This document shows, in pieces, positions 16,751-25,702 of a stretch of 52,871 nucleotides of DNA (position 1 is its first letter; each line of letters opens with the position of its first letter). The notes below the pieces were generated by a model. It had not been told where the DNA came from and made no database searches. It worked only from the letters and a program-made list of their open reading frames with translations. The stretch covers positions 1-52,871 of the forward strand of contig JBOGRR010000002.1 in the NCBI GenBank assembly GCA_050749765.1, written 5' to 3'. Position numbers and translations under genes: made by a program. The stretch is from Thermoplasmata archaeon (GTDB lineage Archaea > Thermoplasmatota > Thermoplasmata > Lutacidiplasmatales > UBA184).

Positions 16751-19700
16751 CTAGCTCGATCGGCGCGGAGCTCGGCGTCGGCGGCGACGCGCGGTCTTGG
16801 GCCGGACCGCCCGCGGAGCGCGGGCCGGCTCGACGCTCGCCGGCTCCGGACTCCCGTAGAGCGCGTCGACCGTGAGCGCGTGCTCGGCGAGCCACGCGAT
16901 CCCTTCGACGTAGGCGGCGAACGTTTCGAGGCTCGTGAAGACGGGGACGCCGAGCTCGACCGCCCGACGGCGCAGGACGTACTCGTCCTCGAGCATGCGC
17001 TCGAGCTTCTCCTGGGTGAGCGAGCTCGGGACGTTGAGCACCAGGTCGACCTTGCCGGCATCGAGCGACTCGAGCAGGTTCGGACGGCGCTTGGGCTCGC
17101 TGACCTTGTAGAGGACCTTGACGTTGCGCACGCCGTGCTCCGTGAGGTAGCCGGCGGTGTCCTCGGTCGCAGCGATGCGCAGACCGAGCTCGGCGAGTCG
17201 GCGAGCGACCGGCAGGAGGCGTTCCTTCGGCTCCGGTCCCCCGACGCTCACGAACGCCGTCCCACCCTTCGGCACGAGGCGGACGCCGGTCGCGAGGAGC
17301 GCCTTGACGAGCGCGTCGCTGAACGTCGGCCCGAAGCACGCGACCTCGCCGGTCGACTGCATCTCGACCCCGAGCAGCGGATCCGACCCGCTCAGTTGCA
17401 CGAAGGAGAACTGGGGGACCTTCACGCCCCAGCGCCCGGGCGGGAGCGGTGCGACCCCATCTCGGGAGATCGGGCGACCGAGGAGCGCTCGAGCCGCGTC
17501 GACCATCAGCGGGACCCCGGTCGCCTTCGCTAGGAACGGGAGCGATCGGCTCGCCCGCAAGTTGAGCTCGATGATCTGGTACGCCCCGTCCTTCACCAGG
17601 AATTGGATGTTGAACGGGCCCCGGATCGAGAGCTCCTTCGCGAGGGTGCGGGCCGCGTCGACGAGATCGCGTTGCACCGCGTGCGGGGTGTGCCGGGGGG
17701 GCAGACAGAAGATCGCGTCGCCCGAGTGGACGCCCGCGCGCTCGACGTGCTCGAGGATCCCTCCGACGAGCAGGCGTTCCCCGTCGGAGATCGCATCGAG
17801 CTCGACCTCATCGGCTCCCTCAACGAACTTCGTGATCACGACCGGGTGCTCTGGCGAGACCCGCGAGGCCTCCGAAAGGAAGACCGCGAGGTCGTGCCGG
17901 CCCGAGATCACCCGCATCGCCTGGCCGCTCAGCACATAGGAGGGCCGCACGAGGACGGGGTAGCCCACGTCGTCGGCGAACTCGCTCGCGGCCTCCACGG
18001 TCGTGAACGCGCGCCAGGCCGGCTGCGGGATCTGCTTCGCCTCGAGCAGAGCGGAGAAGCGCGCGCGGTCCTCGGCCATGTCGATCGAGTCGCTCGACGT
18101 GCCGAGGATCGGGAGGCCGCAGGCGTTCAGGAGCGGCGTGAGATTCTGGGCGAGTTGGCTGCCGACGCACGTCACGATGCCGCGGAATCCTTCGAACTCC
18201 TGGATGTCGCGTACCCGCTCGAGGGTGATCTCCTCGAAGTACAAGCGATCGGAGCGGTCGTAGTCGGTCGAAACGGTCTCGGGGTTCGAGTTGAGGACGG
18301 CGACCGCCGGCACACCTTCCGCCTTGAGGCCGTCGGCGAGGTTCATCGTCGACCAATCGAACTCCACGCTCGACCCGATCCGGTACGGGCCCGCGCCTAG
18401 GACGAGCACCGAGCCGGGCGAGACCGGCGCTACGTCGTGGGCGTCGGCACGGTAGGTCATGTAGAGGTAGTTCGTCCGGCTCGGCCACTCGCCGGCGAGC
18501 GTGTCGATCATGCGGGCGTACGGCCGGATCCCCGCCGCGATGCGTGCGGCCCGGAGCGCCTCCTCATCGAGGCGCAGCGCCCGCGCGATCGCCCGATCGG
18601 AGAGGCCGAGCTCCTTGGCACGTCGCAGGAGCGCGGTCGCCGGGATCGCGCCGGCGACCCCTTCGAGTTCTCGATGTCCGCGCTCGATCTCCTGGAGCTC
18701 CCCGATGAACCACGGATCGATGTAGGTCGTCCGTGCGATCGTCTCGAGCTCGATGCCCGCGCGCAGCGCCTCGAGCACGCGGTAGAGGATCTCGGGGGTC
18801 GGCGCCGAGAGATCGGCGAGGATCTCCTCGCGCGGACGCACCGTCCCCGGGGGAAGGAGGTCGGCCCGAGGGTCGAGCATGCGCACGGCCTTCTCGAGTG
18901 CTTCGGGGAACGAGGCGCCGATGCCCATCACCTCGCCGACCGATTTCATCGACGGGCCGAGCCGCCGATCGGCCCGAGCGAACTTGTCGAGGTCCCAGCG
19001 CGGATGCTTCACGACGACGTAGTCGAGCGCCGGCTCGAACGCGGCGCTCGTGACCCCGGTGACGCGATTCTTGAGCTCGGGGAGCGTGTAGCCGAGCGCG
19101 AGCTTCGCGGCGACGTAGGCGAGCGGGTAGCCCGTCGCCTTGGACGCGAGCGCGCTCGACCGCGAAAGGCGGGCGTTGATCTCGATCGCATAGTACTCGA
19201 GGCTGTTCGGGTTCAGGCAGAACTGGATGTTGCACTCGCCGACGATCCCCACGGTCTCGACCGCCCGCAGCGCCGCCTGGCGGAGCATCTGGTACTCGGT
19301 GTCGTCCAGGGTCTGGCTCGGCGCGATGACGATGTTGTCACCGGTGTGCACGCGCATGCTCAGGACGTTCTCCATGTTGCATACGGTGAGCTTGTTGCCG
19401 AGCCGGTCGCGGACGACCTCGTACTCGAGCTGCTTGAACTCGCCGACGTAGCGCTCGAGGAGCGCTTGACCGACCGGGCTCGCGCGCAAGCCTCGGCCGA
19501 CGACGTCGACGAGCTGCGCCGGGGTGCGCGCGATGCCACCCCCCTTGCCCCCGAGCGTGTAGGCGACGCGGACCATGACGGGGTAGCCGATCTCCTTCGC
19601 GGCGCGCTCGGCCTCTTCGACCGTGTAGACCGCCCGACTCGGCAGGGTCGGCACCCCGGCCCGGCCCATGGCCCGAACGAACTTCGCCCGGTCCTCCGTC

Positions 19701-20071
19701 GAGCGGATCGCCGCGAGCGGCGTCCCCAGGACGCGCGTTCGGTTCGCGTGGAGCGCTCCGCGATCGGAGAGCCCGATACCGCAATTGAGCGCGGTCTGCC
19801 CGCCGAACGAGAGGAGGATGCCGTCCGGGTGCTCGGCCTCGAGGATCGGCTCGACGAACTCCGGGGTCAGCGGTTGGAAGTACACCCGGCCATAGTGCGG
19901 CGCGTCGGTCTGCAGGGTCGCGATGTTCGGGTTGACGACGACGGTGTAGATCCCCTCCTCCTCGAGCGCCTTGAGGCACTGAGAGCCGGAGTAGTCGAAC
20001 TCGCCGGCCTCGCCGATCTTGAGCGCACCAGAGCCGAGCAGCACGACCTTGCGGGGGAGCACGAGCGTCAT
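16751..20071 (-). CDS. carB: carbamoyl-phosphate synthase large subunit
   Basis: Begins KVVLLGSGALKIGEAGEFDYSGSQCLKALEEEGIYTVVVNPNIATLQTD. It has duplicated ATP-grasp halves and an MGS-like C-terminus. ATG 20071 overlaps the carA stop (ATGA). Confidence 0.97.
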   Translation of the reverse strand: MTLVLPRKVVLLGSGALKIGEAGEFDYSGSQCLKALEEEGIYTVVVNPNIATLQTDAPHYGRVYFQPLTPEFVEPILEAEHPDGILLSFGGQTALNCGIGLSDRGALHANRTRVLGTPLAAIRSTEDRAKFVRAMGRAGVPTLPSRAVYTVEEAERAAKEIGYPVMVRVAYTLGGKGGGIARTPAQLVDVVGRGLRASPVGQALLERYVGEFKQLEYEVVRDRLGNKLTVCNMENVLSMRVHTGDNIVIAPSQTLDDTEYQMLRQAALRAVETVGIVGECNIQFCLNPNSLEYYAIEINARLSRSSALASKATGYPLAYVAAKLALGYTLPELKNRVTGVTSAAFEPALDYVVVKHPRWDLDKFARADRRLGPSMKSVGEVMGIGASFPEALEKAVRMLDPRADLLPPGTVRPREEILADLSAPTPEILYRVLEALRAGIELETIARTTYIDPWFIGELQEIERGHRELEGVAGAIPATALLRRAKELGLSDRAIARALRLDEEALRAARIAAGIRPYARMIDTLAGEWPSRTNYLYMTYRADAHDVAPVSPGSVLVLGAGPYRIGSSVEFDWSTMNLADGLKAEGVPAVAVLNSNPETVSTDYDRSDRLYFEEITLERVRDIQEFEGFRGIVTCVGSQLAQNLTPLLNACGLPILGTSSDSIDMAEDRARFSALLEAKQIPQPAWRAFTTVEAASEFADDVGYPVLVRPSYVLSGQAMRVISGRHDLAVFLSEASRVSPEHPVVITKFVEGADEVELDAISDGERLLVGGILEHVERAGVHSGDAIFCLPPRHTPHAVQRDLVDAARTLAKELSIRGPFNIQFLVKDGAYQIIELNLRASRSLPFLAKATGVPLMVDAARALLGRPISRDGVAPLPPGRWGVKVPQFSFVQLSGSDPLLGVEMQSTGEVACFGPTFSDALVKALLATGVRLVPKGGTAFVSVGGPEPKERLLPVARRLAELGLRIAATEDTAGYLTEHGVRNVKVLYKVSEPKRRPNLLESLDAGKVDLVLNVPSSLTQEKLERMLEDEYVLRRRAVELGVPVFTSLETFAAYVEGIAWLAEHALTVDALYGSPEPASVEPARAPRAVRPKTARRRRRRAPRRSS

Positions 20072-21237
20072 GCGCGCCGTCGCACCTTCCCCGCGAAGAG
20101 ATCGAACACGAACCCGGCCTCCTGGGGGCCGGGGTGACCTTCGGGATGACCCTGCAGCGCCAGGAGTCGGCCGCCCGAGTCCCGGAGCCCCTCGATGGTC
20201 CCATCGTCCGGGTTCGTCGCCCAGACTTTGAGCCCGGTCCCTTCGAGGCTCGCCGCGTCGACGGCGTAGCCGTGGTTCTCGCTGACGATGAGCGCCCGCC
20301 CGTCCGGCAATACGACGGTCTTGTTCTGCCCACGGTGGCCGAACTTGAGCTTGAAGGTGCGCGCGCCGCGGCTCAACGCGAGCAACTGGATGCCGAGGCA
20401 GATCCCGAGGGTCGGGAGCGTCCGAACGCTCGGGCGTCGCAGCTCCTCGATGGTCCGGGTGAGGTGCTCGGGATCGCCGGGGCCATTCCCCACCAGCAGT
20501 CCGGCGACCCGGCGCCCTTCGAAGCGTGCGGGGACCGCCGCATCGTAGGGGAGCCGAAGCACCCCGAGCCCTCGGTCGAGCAGTGCGCGCAGGATGCTCA
20601 CCTTGACCCCGCAGTCGAGGACGGCGACGAGCGGGGCGCGGCGAGGTCCGAGGACCGTCGGGCCGATGGGGGCGACCTGGGCCATGTACTCCTCATCGGC
20701 GTACGGCGGAGCCGCCGCGATCGCGGCCAAGAGCTCGGCATCGGTCGGCCGGGCGTCGGCCGGGCCGACGTCGACGATCCCGCGCACGACGCCCTCGTCG
20801 CGCAGGTGCTCGGTGAGGCGGCGCGTGTCGATCCCTCGGACGCCCGGTACGCCCTCCGAGTCGAGCCACTCCTCGAGCGAGCGCTCACTGCGCCAGTGGT
20901 GCGGCGCGGTGAGACCCCGCGCGATCATCGCCCGGACCTGCACCTCCTCCGACTCTCGGCCGAGCGGGAGCTGGTGGGCGTCGCGCGCCTTCGGATCCGG
21001 CACGCCGTAGTTGCCCAGCAGCGGGTAGGTGAAGGAGAGGATCTGTCCGCGGAAGGAGGGATCGGTAAGCGACTCCGGGTACCCGGCCATTCCGGTCGTG
21101 AAGACGACCTCGCCGATCCGTCGGGTCGCCCGGCCGAAGCCGATCCCATCGAATCGCGTCCCGTCCTCGAGAAATAGCGTCCCCCCGAGAGCGGCCTTCT
21201 CGGGTGCGTTGGTCACAGCGCGGGAACCCAGGGGCAC
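20068..21237 (-). CDS. carA: carbamoyl-phosphate synthase small (glutaminase) subunit
   Basis: Motifs: LFLEDGTRFDGIGFG, VVFTTGMAGYPESLTDPSFRGQIL and the catalytic GICLGIQLL with HRGQN. The start is GTG 21237. GTG 21216 is an alternative and is favoured if the TATA-like box at 21255-21261 is used. Confidence 0.92.
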   Translation of the reverse strand: MPLGSRAVTNAPEKAALGGTLFLEDGTRFDGIGFGRATRRIGEVVFTTGMAGYPESLTDPSFRGQILSFTYPLLGNYGVPDPKARDAHQLPLGRESEEVQVRAMIARGLTAPHHWRSERSLEEWLDSEGVPGVRGIDTRRLTEHLRDEGVVRGIVDVGPADARPTDAELLAAIAAAPPYADEEYMAQVAPIGPTVLGPRRAPLVAVLDCGVKVSILRALLDRGLGVLRLPYDAAVPARFEGRRVAGLLVGNGPGDPEHLTRTIEELRRPSVRTLPTLGICLGIQLLALSRGARTFKLKFGHRGQNKTVVLPDGRALIVSENHGYAVDAASLEGTGLKVWATNPDDGTIEGLRDSGGRLLALQGHPEGHPGPQEAGFVFDLFAGKVRRRA

Positions 21238-21254
21238 GGAGGAAGGTCGCGAAG

Positions 21255-21266
21255 GATAAGTCTTGC
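21255..21266 (-). promoter_or_regulatory. BRE/TATA-like 12-mer GCAAGACTTATC (minus sense), copy 1
   Basis: Lies upstream of carA. An identical 12-mer occurs at 47515-47526 upstream of tRNA-Leu in the same orientation. Confidence 0.4.
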
Positions 21267-21347
21267 GATACGCGACGGCCGAAGCCGCCCGCCGCGGACC
21301 GTGCGGTCGACACGAGGGGCGAAATACGCCGCCTCGCTCCCTCGAGC

Positions 21348-22343
21348 ATGCCCGGCTTCCCCAAGGTCCGCGAGGAGTACGACGTGCTCGTGCTCGGCGG
21401 GGGCCACGCCGGTCTCGCGGCCGCGCTCAAGGTCGGCCTCATGGGCTACTCGGCGCTCCTCGTCGATCGTGGGCCAAAGTACGGGCGCTCGTACTACGCC
21501 CCCACGATGGACAACATCCCGGGATTCCCGGATGGGATCTCGGGGCACAAGCTCCTCGACCATCAGATCGCAGCGCTCCAGCGCGTCGAGCCCGCCGTCA
21601 CCTACGTCACCCCGGCGACGGTCGTCTCGCTTGGCCGCAAAGGCACCGGCTACGAGGTTCGCTTCGACTGGCTCCGACAGAGCCGGGCGGTCGCCGGCCG
21701 GGCCGCGGTCCTTGCGCTCGGCGTCGTCGATCGGATGCCGGTCGTCGGGGGCAAGATCGACGCGATCTTCCCATGGGCCAATCAAGGGCTCGTCGATTTC
21801 TGCATCATCTGCGATGGTCACACTCTGCCCGGTAAGCGCGTCGCGGTGCTCGGTCACGATGCCTTCGCGGCGCGCACGGCGCTCGACCTCGTTCACTTTC
21901 GCCCGAGCGCCCTCGAGATCCTGACCCACGGTCGCCCGCTCTTCGAGGGGGTCGACCGCGCCGAGCGCTCCGAGCTCGAACGGGCCCTCGCCGCGGCCGG
22001 GATCTCGCACTTCGACGCGGAGATCGCGGGCTACAATGGGATCCGCGAGAAGGAATTCCACGTCAAGTTCGCGGATGGATCGGTGCGCCGCTACGACAAG
22101 GGATTCAGCGGACTAGGGTGGTACGATCTGCATTCGACGATCCCGCTCTCGCTCGGAGCGAAGCTCGACGAGGAGGGGTTCGTCGTCACCGACGAGGACT
22201 GCCGGGTCCTCGCGGCGTCCGACGGCGCGGCGATCCCGGGGCTGTACTGCGTCGGAGACCTACGGAACGGATGGAATCAGATCCCCGAGGCCTGGGCGAC
22301 GGCCGAGCGGGCGATCATCCACGCCTGGGCCCACTACCTCTGA
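21348..22343 (+). CDS. thioredoxin-reductase-like FAD-dependent disulfide oxidoreductase with degenerate NAD(P)H site
   Basis: Motifs: YDVLVLGGGHAGLAAA (FAD GxGxxG), FCIICDGH (CxxC as in TrxR CAxCDG) and GLYCVGDL. The second dinucleotide motif reads VAVLGHDAFAART instead of GGGNSA, and no HRRxxxR is present. Confidence 0.8.
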   Translation: MPGFPKVREEYDVLVLGGGHAGLAAALKVGLMGYSALLVDRGPKYGRSYYAPTMDNIPGFPDGISGHKLLDHQIAALQRVEPAVTYVTPATVVSLGRKGTGYEVRFDWLRQSRAVAGRAAVLALGVVDRMPVVGGKIDAIFPWANQGLVDFCIICDGHTLPGKRVAVLGHDAFAARTALDLVHFRPSALEILTHGRPLFEGVDRAERSELERALAAAGISHFDAEIAGYNGIREKEFHVKFADGSVRRYDKGFSGLGWYDLHSTIPLSLGAKLDEEGFVVTDEDCRVLAASDGAAIPGLYCVGDLRNGWNQIPEAWATAERAIIHAWAHYL

Positions 22344-22347
22344 GCCG

Positions 22348-23121
22348 TCAACCCACCCGGACCGGCGGCTCGGGTCGGTGGGCGTCGTCGCTCGGAGCAT
22401 AGACATCGAGCTGGCGTGCGAGCTCCGTGAGGTCTTGGGCGACGGCTTCCGCGCCGGCGGCGAGGAATCGATCGACGCTCATGGAACCGGTCGTCGTCTC
22501 GCCCGGATCCGGCAGGACCGCGTAGAAGCGGACCTGGGCGCGCGTGGCACACTCCGCATCGAGCAGATGGTCCCCCACGTAGAGGGCGCGGCCGGGCGGG
22601 ACTCCCATCTCCTGCAGGAGGTGCCAGAGCGCCTCCGGGGAAGGTTTCGCGGGACCCGGGGAGCTGCGCGAGCGCAAGTAGGGGAAGAAGTCGGCGAGAC
22701 CGGTGCGCACGAGCGCGGCCCGCGCGAACGCTTCGGAACTCCGCGTGAGGATCCCGGCCCGGAACCCTCGCTCCGTGAGCCCACGGACGAGCTCGCGCGC
22801 CCCCGAGCGCACGACGGTGTGCTCGAGGGCCTGCATCTCGATCCCATCGATCTTCTGATGGAACTCGGCCTCGAAGCGCAGCAGGAGCGTATCCGGGGCG
22901 CCGGACGTGCGGATCGACTCGCGCGCGGTCTCGAGGATCCGGTGCATCGGCATCTCGACCGTCAAGTTCGCCGAGCTCACGCCGTAGTGCTCGGCGAGGC
23001 GGATCACTTCGCGTCGCATCCGGTAAAAATCGTGCTGGGACACGACGAGGGTCCCATCGAGATCGAAGACGACCCCGAGGAGAGGCTCGAGAAATCGCGG
23101 CGTCGCTTGACGGACGGGCAT
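22348..23121 (-). CDS. HAD-superfamily hydrolase (phosphoglycolate-phosphatase-like subfamily IA)
   Basis: Motif I is VVFDLDGTLV, motif II is ILTRS, and motif III/IV is KPSPEAL...YVGDHLLD. Confidence 0.85.
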   Translation of the reverse strand: MPVRQATPRFLEPLLGVVFDLDGTLVVSQHDFYRMRREVIRLAEHYGVSSANLTVEMPMHRILETARESIRTSGAPDTLLLRFEAEFHQKIDGIEMQALEHTVVRSGARELVRGLTERGFRAGILTRSSEAFARAALVRTGLADFFPYLRSRSSPGPAKPSPEALWHLLQEMGVPPGRALYVGDHLLDAECATRAQVRFYAVLPDPGETTTGSMSVDRFLAAGAEAVAQDLTELARQLDVYAPSDDAHRPEPPVRVG

Positions 23122-23202
23122 CGTGCTCCCCTCGACGCCCTCTACGAGCCGGGGACCCGTACCTAAGCATTTGCCTCGAGCGGGCGGCCGGCCCTGGCCG
23201 AC

Positions 23203-24708
23203 CTAGCTCGCAGGGCCCGGTCGGCGTAGGGTGATGATCGACTCCCGGAGCCGGAAGCGGCGTCGCTGACCGGAACGACGGGTCCGGGCGACCGCGACCG
23301 TCTCGATCTCAAAGCCGATCCGTCGCCCGATCCGCGCGAGGAGGAGATCGCCCGGGACGTAGGTTCCGGCGAGCAGGGAGTCGCCCACGACGAGGACGAA
23401 CCTTCCCCCGGGGACGAGCGTGCGATGGACCGACCGCAGGACCTGGGCGAGGTCGTGGAAGTAGCGATGGACGATCCCGTGCATATCGTTGCGCCGATAC
23501 GACCCCTTGCGCCGAACGTTCTCGCGGATCTGCCGGAGGATATCTCCGAGCCATGGGTCGGGGGTCGAATCGGTGCCGAGGTAGTGGGCGGTCGCGTCGC
23601 GCGGAAGGTTGTCGCAGGCGACCTCGGCGTGACGCAATGCGGCGAGATCGCGGTAGGAATCGGCGTAGCCGAGCCAAGCGAGGTCGAGCTTGTAGTTCAT
23701 CACGTAGTCTAGACCATTGACGTACGGCGGGCTCGTCAGAGCGAGGTCAACGCTCTCCGCTGGAAGAGCGATCGTGCGGGCGTCGCGGTCTACGACCTCC
23801 GCCCGCGGTCCCCAGCGCGCGCGTTCGGGCGCCAGCGCTTGCAGGTCGTCGGCCATCGCCGCGATCGTCCGCTCGATCTCGTCGTAGGGCCGAGGACGGC
23901 CGCTCGGATTCGGATCGTAGCCGAGGCATGGGGACCGCCGCAATCGGCTGCACGGAACGAGGGTCGCCCCGAAGGCGAGTCGAACGGCCTCGTCGATCCG
24001 ATCGCCCGACGCGCGGGGGAGCGCCGCCCGCAGTCGACGCAGCTCGCCGAGCGCCTCCGACGAGAACTGGCGCCGGGTCTCTCGCAAGAACGGGAGCGGT
24101 GCTGGGGGACCACGAGCCGCGTGTTGGAGCATGCGTCGGGAACGTGCTCGGAGCGCGACCGGGTCGAGTTCGAGGTCGGTCTTCACTCGGGCGGCGAGCG
24201 CGGCCGGAGCGAGGAGCTCGAAGCCGATTGCGCGCGCTCCCGCCCGTCGAGCCTCGACGAGGGTCGTGCCGCTGCCGGCGAACGGGTCGAGCACCGTGGT
24301 GCCTCGACCGATTTCGGCCTCCGCGAGAAGCGTCGCGACGAACTCCGCGGAATACCCCTGAACGTACGGCCACCATCGGTGGACGGGGAGTCGGTCGTTC
24401 GAGCGGAACGTGATCGGACCCGAGTACCGCCCCAGGGTGACCCCGTCCTCCCGAGCGAATCGCTCGAGGAAGCTGGCCGGATCGAGGAAGTCACCGCGCT
24501 CCTCGAGGTCAGCGAACGACTGCAGGATCCATAGCCCGCGACCGATCCGGAGCACCTCCCCTCGCGATTCGAGGAGCGCGAGCCGAGTCTCGACCGCCAC
24601 CGGCGCAGAGCTCAGGCGCGAAGCGAGCTGACGGACCGTGGCGCCCAGCGCACCGGATTCGTTCAGGGCGATCCGGAGGTCCGCGACGGGCGCGGCGGTC
24701 GCCGACAC
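23203..24708 (-). CDS. amino-(N6-A/N4-C) DNA methyltransferase with N-terminal winged-helix domain; apparently orphan
   Basis: GTG start at 24708. SAM motif I (VLDPFAGSGTT) precedes catalytic motif IV (LTSPPYVNG) by ~200 aa. The N-terminus (ATVRQLASRLSSAPVAVETRLALLESRGEVLRIGRGLW) looks like a wHTH. No nuclease-like neighbour is present. Confidence 0.8.
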   Translation of the reverse strand: MSATAAPVADLRIALNESGALGATVRQLASRLSSAPVAVETRLALLESRGEVLRIGRGLWILQSFADLEERGDFLDPASFLERFAREDGVTLGRYSGPITFRSNDRLPVHRWWPYVQGYSAEFVATLLAEAEIGRGTTVLDPFAGSGTTLVEARRAGARAIGFELLAPAALAARVKTDLELDPVALRARSRRMLQHAARGPPAPLPFLRETRRQFSSEALGELRRLRAALPRASGDRIDEAVRLAFGATLVPCSRLRRSPCLGYDPNPSGRPRPYDEIERTIAAMADDLQALAPERARWGPRAEVVDRDARTIALPAESVDLALTSPPYVNGLDYVMNYKLDLAWLGYADSYRDLAALRHAEVACDNLPRDATAHYLGTDSTPDPWLGDILRQIRENVRRKGSYRRNDMHGIVHRYFHDLAQVLRSVHRTLVPGGRFVLVVGDSLLAGTYVPGDLLLARIGRRIGFEIETVAVARTRRSGQRRRFRLRESIITLRRPGPAS

Positions 24709-24738
24709 GACCGCCCATCGACCCCTTCGGCTATCTCG

Positions 24739-25629
24739 CTATCGCCCGCGCACGCGTGCCGGACCGAGATGGCGGCGCGGGTGCAACTGAGCGATCTCGG
24801 CGATCAAGCTCGCCCGTAACTCCTCGCGCCCCTGATGGAGTCGGCGCCCCCAGGCGCTCGCACGGTGCTGGGGGGCGACGCGGATGAGATGCATCGCCAG
24901 CAGATCGCGATCATGGAGCTCTCCCAATCGGCGCTGTAGGCGGGCGTAGCGCGTCGGGAACGATGGTCGCTCCCGGCCCGCGAGCGAGTCCTCGAGGTCG
25001 GTGAGATATCGCAACTGGCGGACCCGGATCCGTAGGTCGTGCATGCGGTGCGGCTCCGCGGCGGCGAGCGAGCGGCGACGGGCCCGCGCGGTTGCGCGGG
25101 CGAGCCGCCCACGCTCGCCGTCGAGGGCGGCGCGGAGCGCGCCGAGGCTCCGAGGAGCGTCGACGCGGGCGAGGTGGTTCTCGAGCTCACGGAAGAGCCC
25201 GGTCGCCCGCTCCGCGCGCAGGGAGGCGCGCAGGAGCTCGCGACCGGTCCGCGCTGACTCGCGCAACCGCAGGCCGAACGAGTCGAGGTCGCTCCCGCGG
25301 TCCGAGGCCGGCCGATGCACGTGCTCCCACAGCCCGAGCTCGACATCCAGATCCCGGACAGACCCTACGAGACGCGAGAGGCGACGCAGGTGGGCGCCGA
25401 TCGAGCGGAGACGCTCGCGTTGGCGAGCCGGACCGACCCGTCCCCACCAACGTACGAGGGTGCGCAGCCGGCGAAGGTCGCGGTGGAGCTCGTGCAGAAC
25501 CTCGGTGGACGGGTGGAGATGGTCGACCACGGCATCCGTCGCCTCCCGAGCCCGTTCGACCTCTTGACGAGCGTAGAGCGCCAGCGCGGACGTAGAGGGG
25601 CCGAACCGCGCTCCCGTGTTGCTCGGCAT
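24739..25629 (-). CDS. CHAD-domain protein (polyphosphate-granule associated family)
   Basis: ATG 25629 lies within the longer track ORF. Repeated helical His/Arg motifs are present: VLHELHRDLRRLRTLVRWWG, HLRRLSRLVGSVRDLDV, MHDLRIRVRQLRYLTDL and LQRRLGELHDRDLL. Confidence 0.85.
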   Translation of the reverse strand: MPSNTGARFGPSTSALALYARQEVERAREATDAVVDHLHPSTEVLHELHRDLRRLRTLVRWWGRVGPARQRERLRSIGAHLRRLSRLVGSVRDLDVELGLWEHVHRPASDRGSDLDSFGLRLRESARTGRELLRASLRAERATGLFRELENHLARVDAPRSLGALRAALDGERGRLARATARARRRSLAAAEPHRMHDLRIRVRQLRYLTDLEDSLAGRERPSFPTRYARLQRRLGELHDRDLLAMHLIRVAPQHRASAWGRRLHQGREELRASLIAEIAQLHPRRHLGPARVRGR

Positions 25630-25702
25630 CCTCGCGTGCGGCCGCCCCCAACCCGTAGCGGCCGCGGGCCAAAACAGTATTCCGAGCAGAGAGTTCGGTC
25701 CG

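Noticed and set aside
23203-24708. Methyltransferase as part of a restriction-modification or defence island
   Set aside because: The neighbours are CHAD, HAD hydrolase and TrxR-like genes. No nuclease, helicase, specificity subunit or toxin-like ORF is present, and the composition matches the surroundings. It is kept only as an orphan MTase finding.
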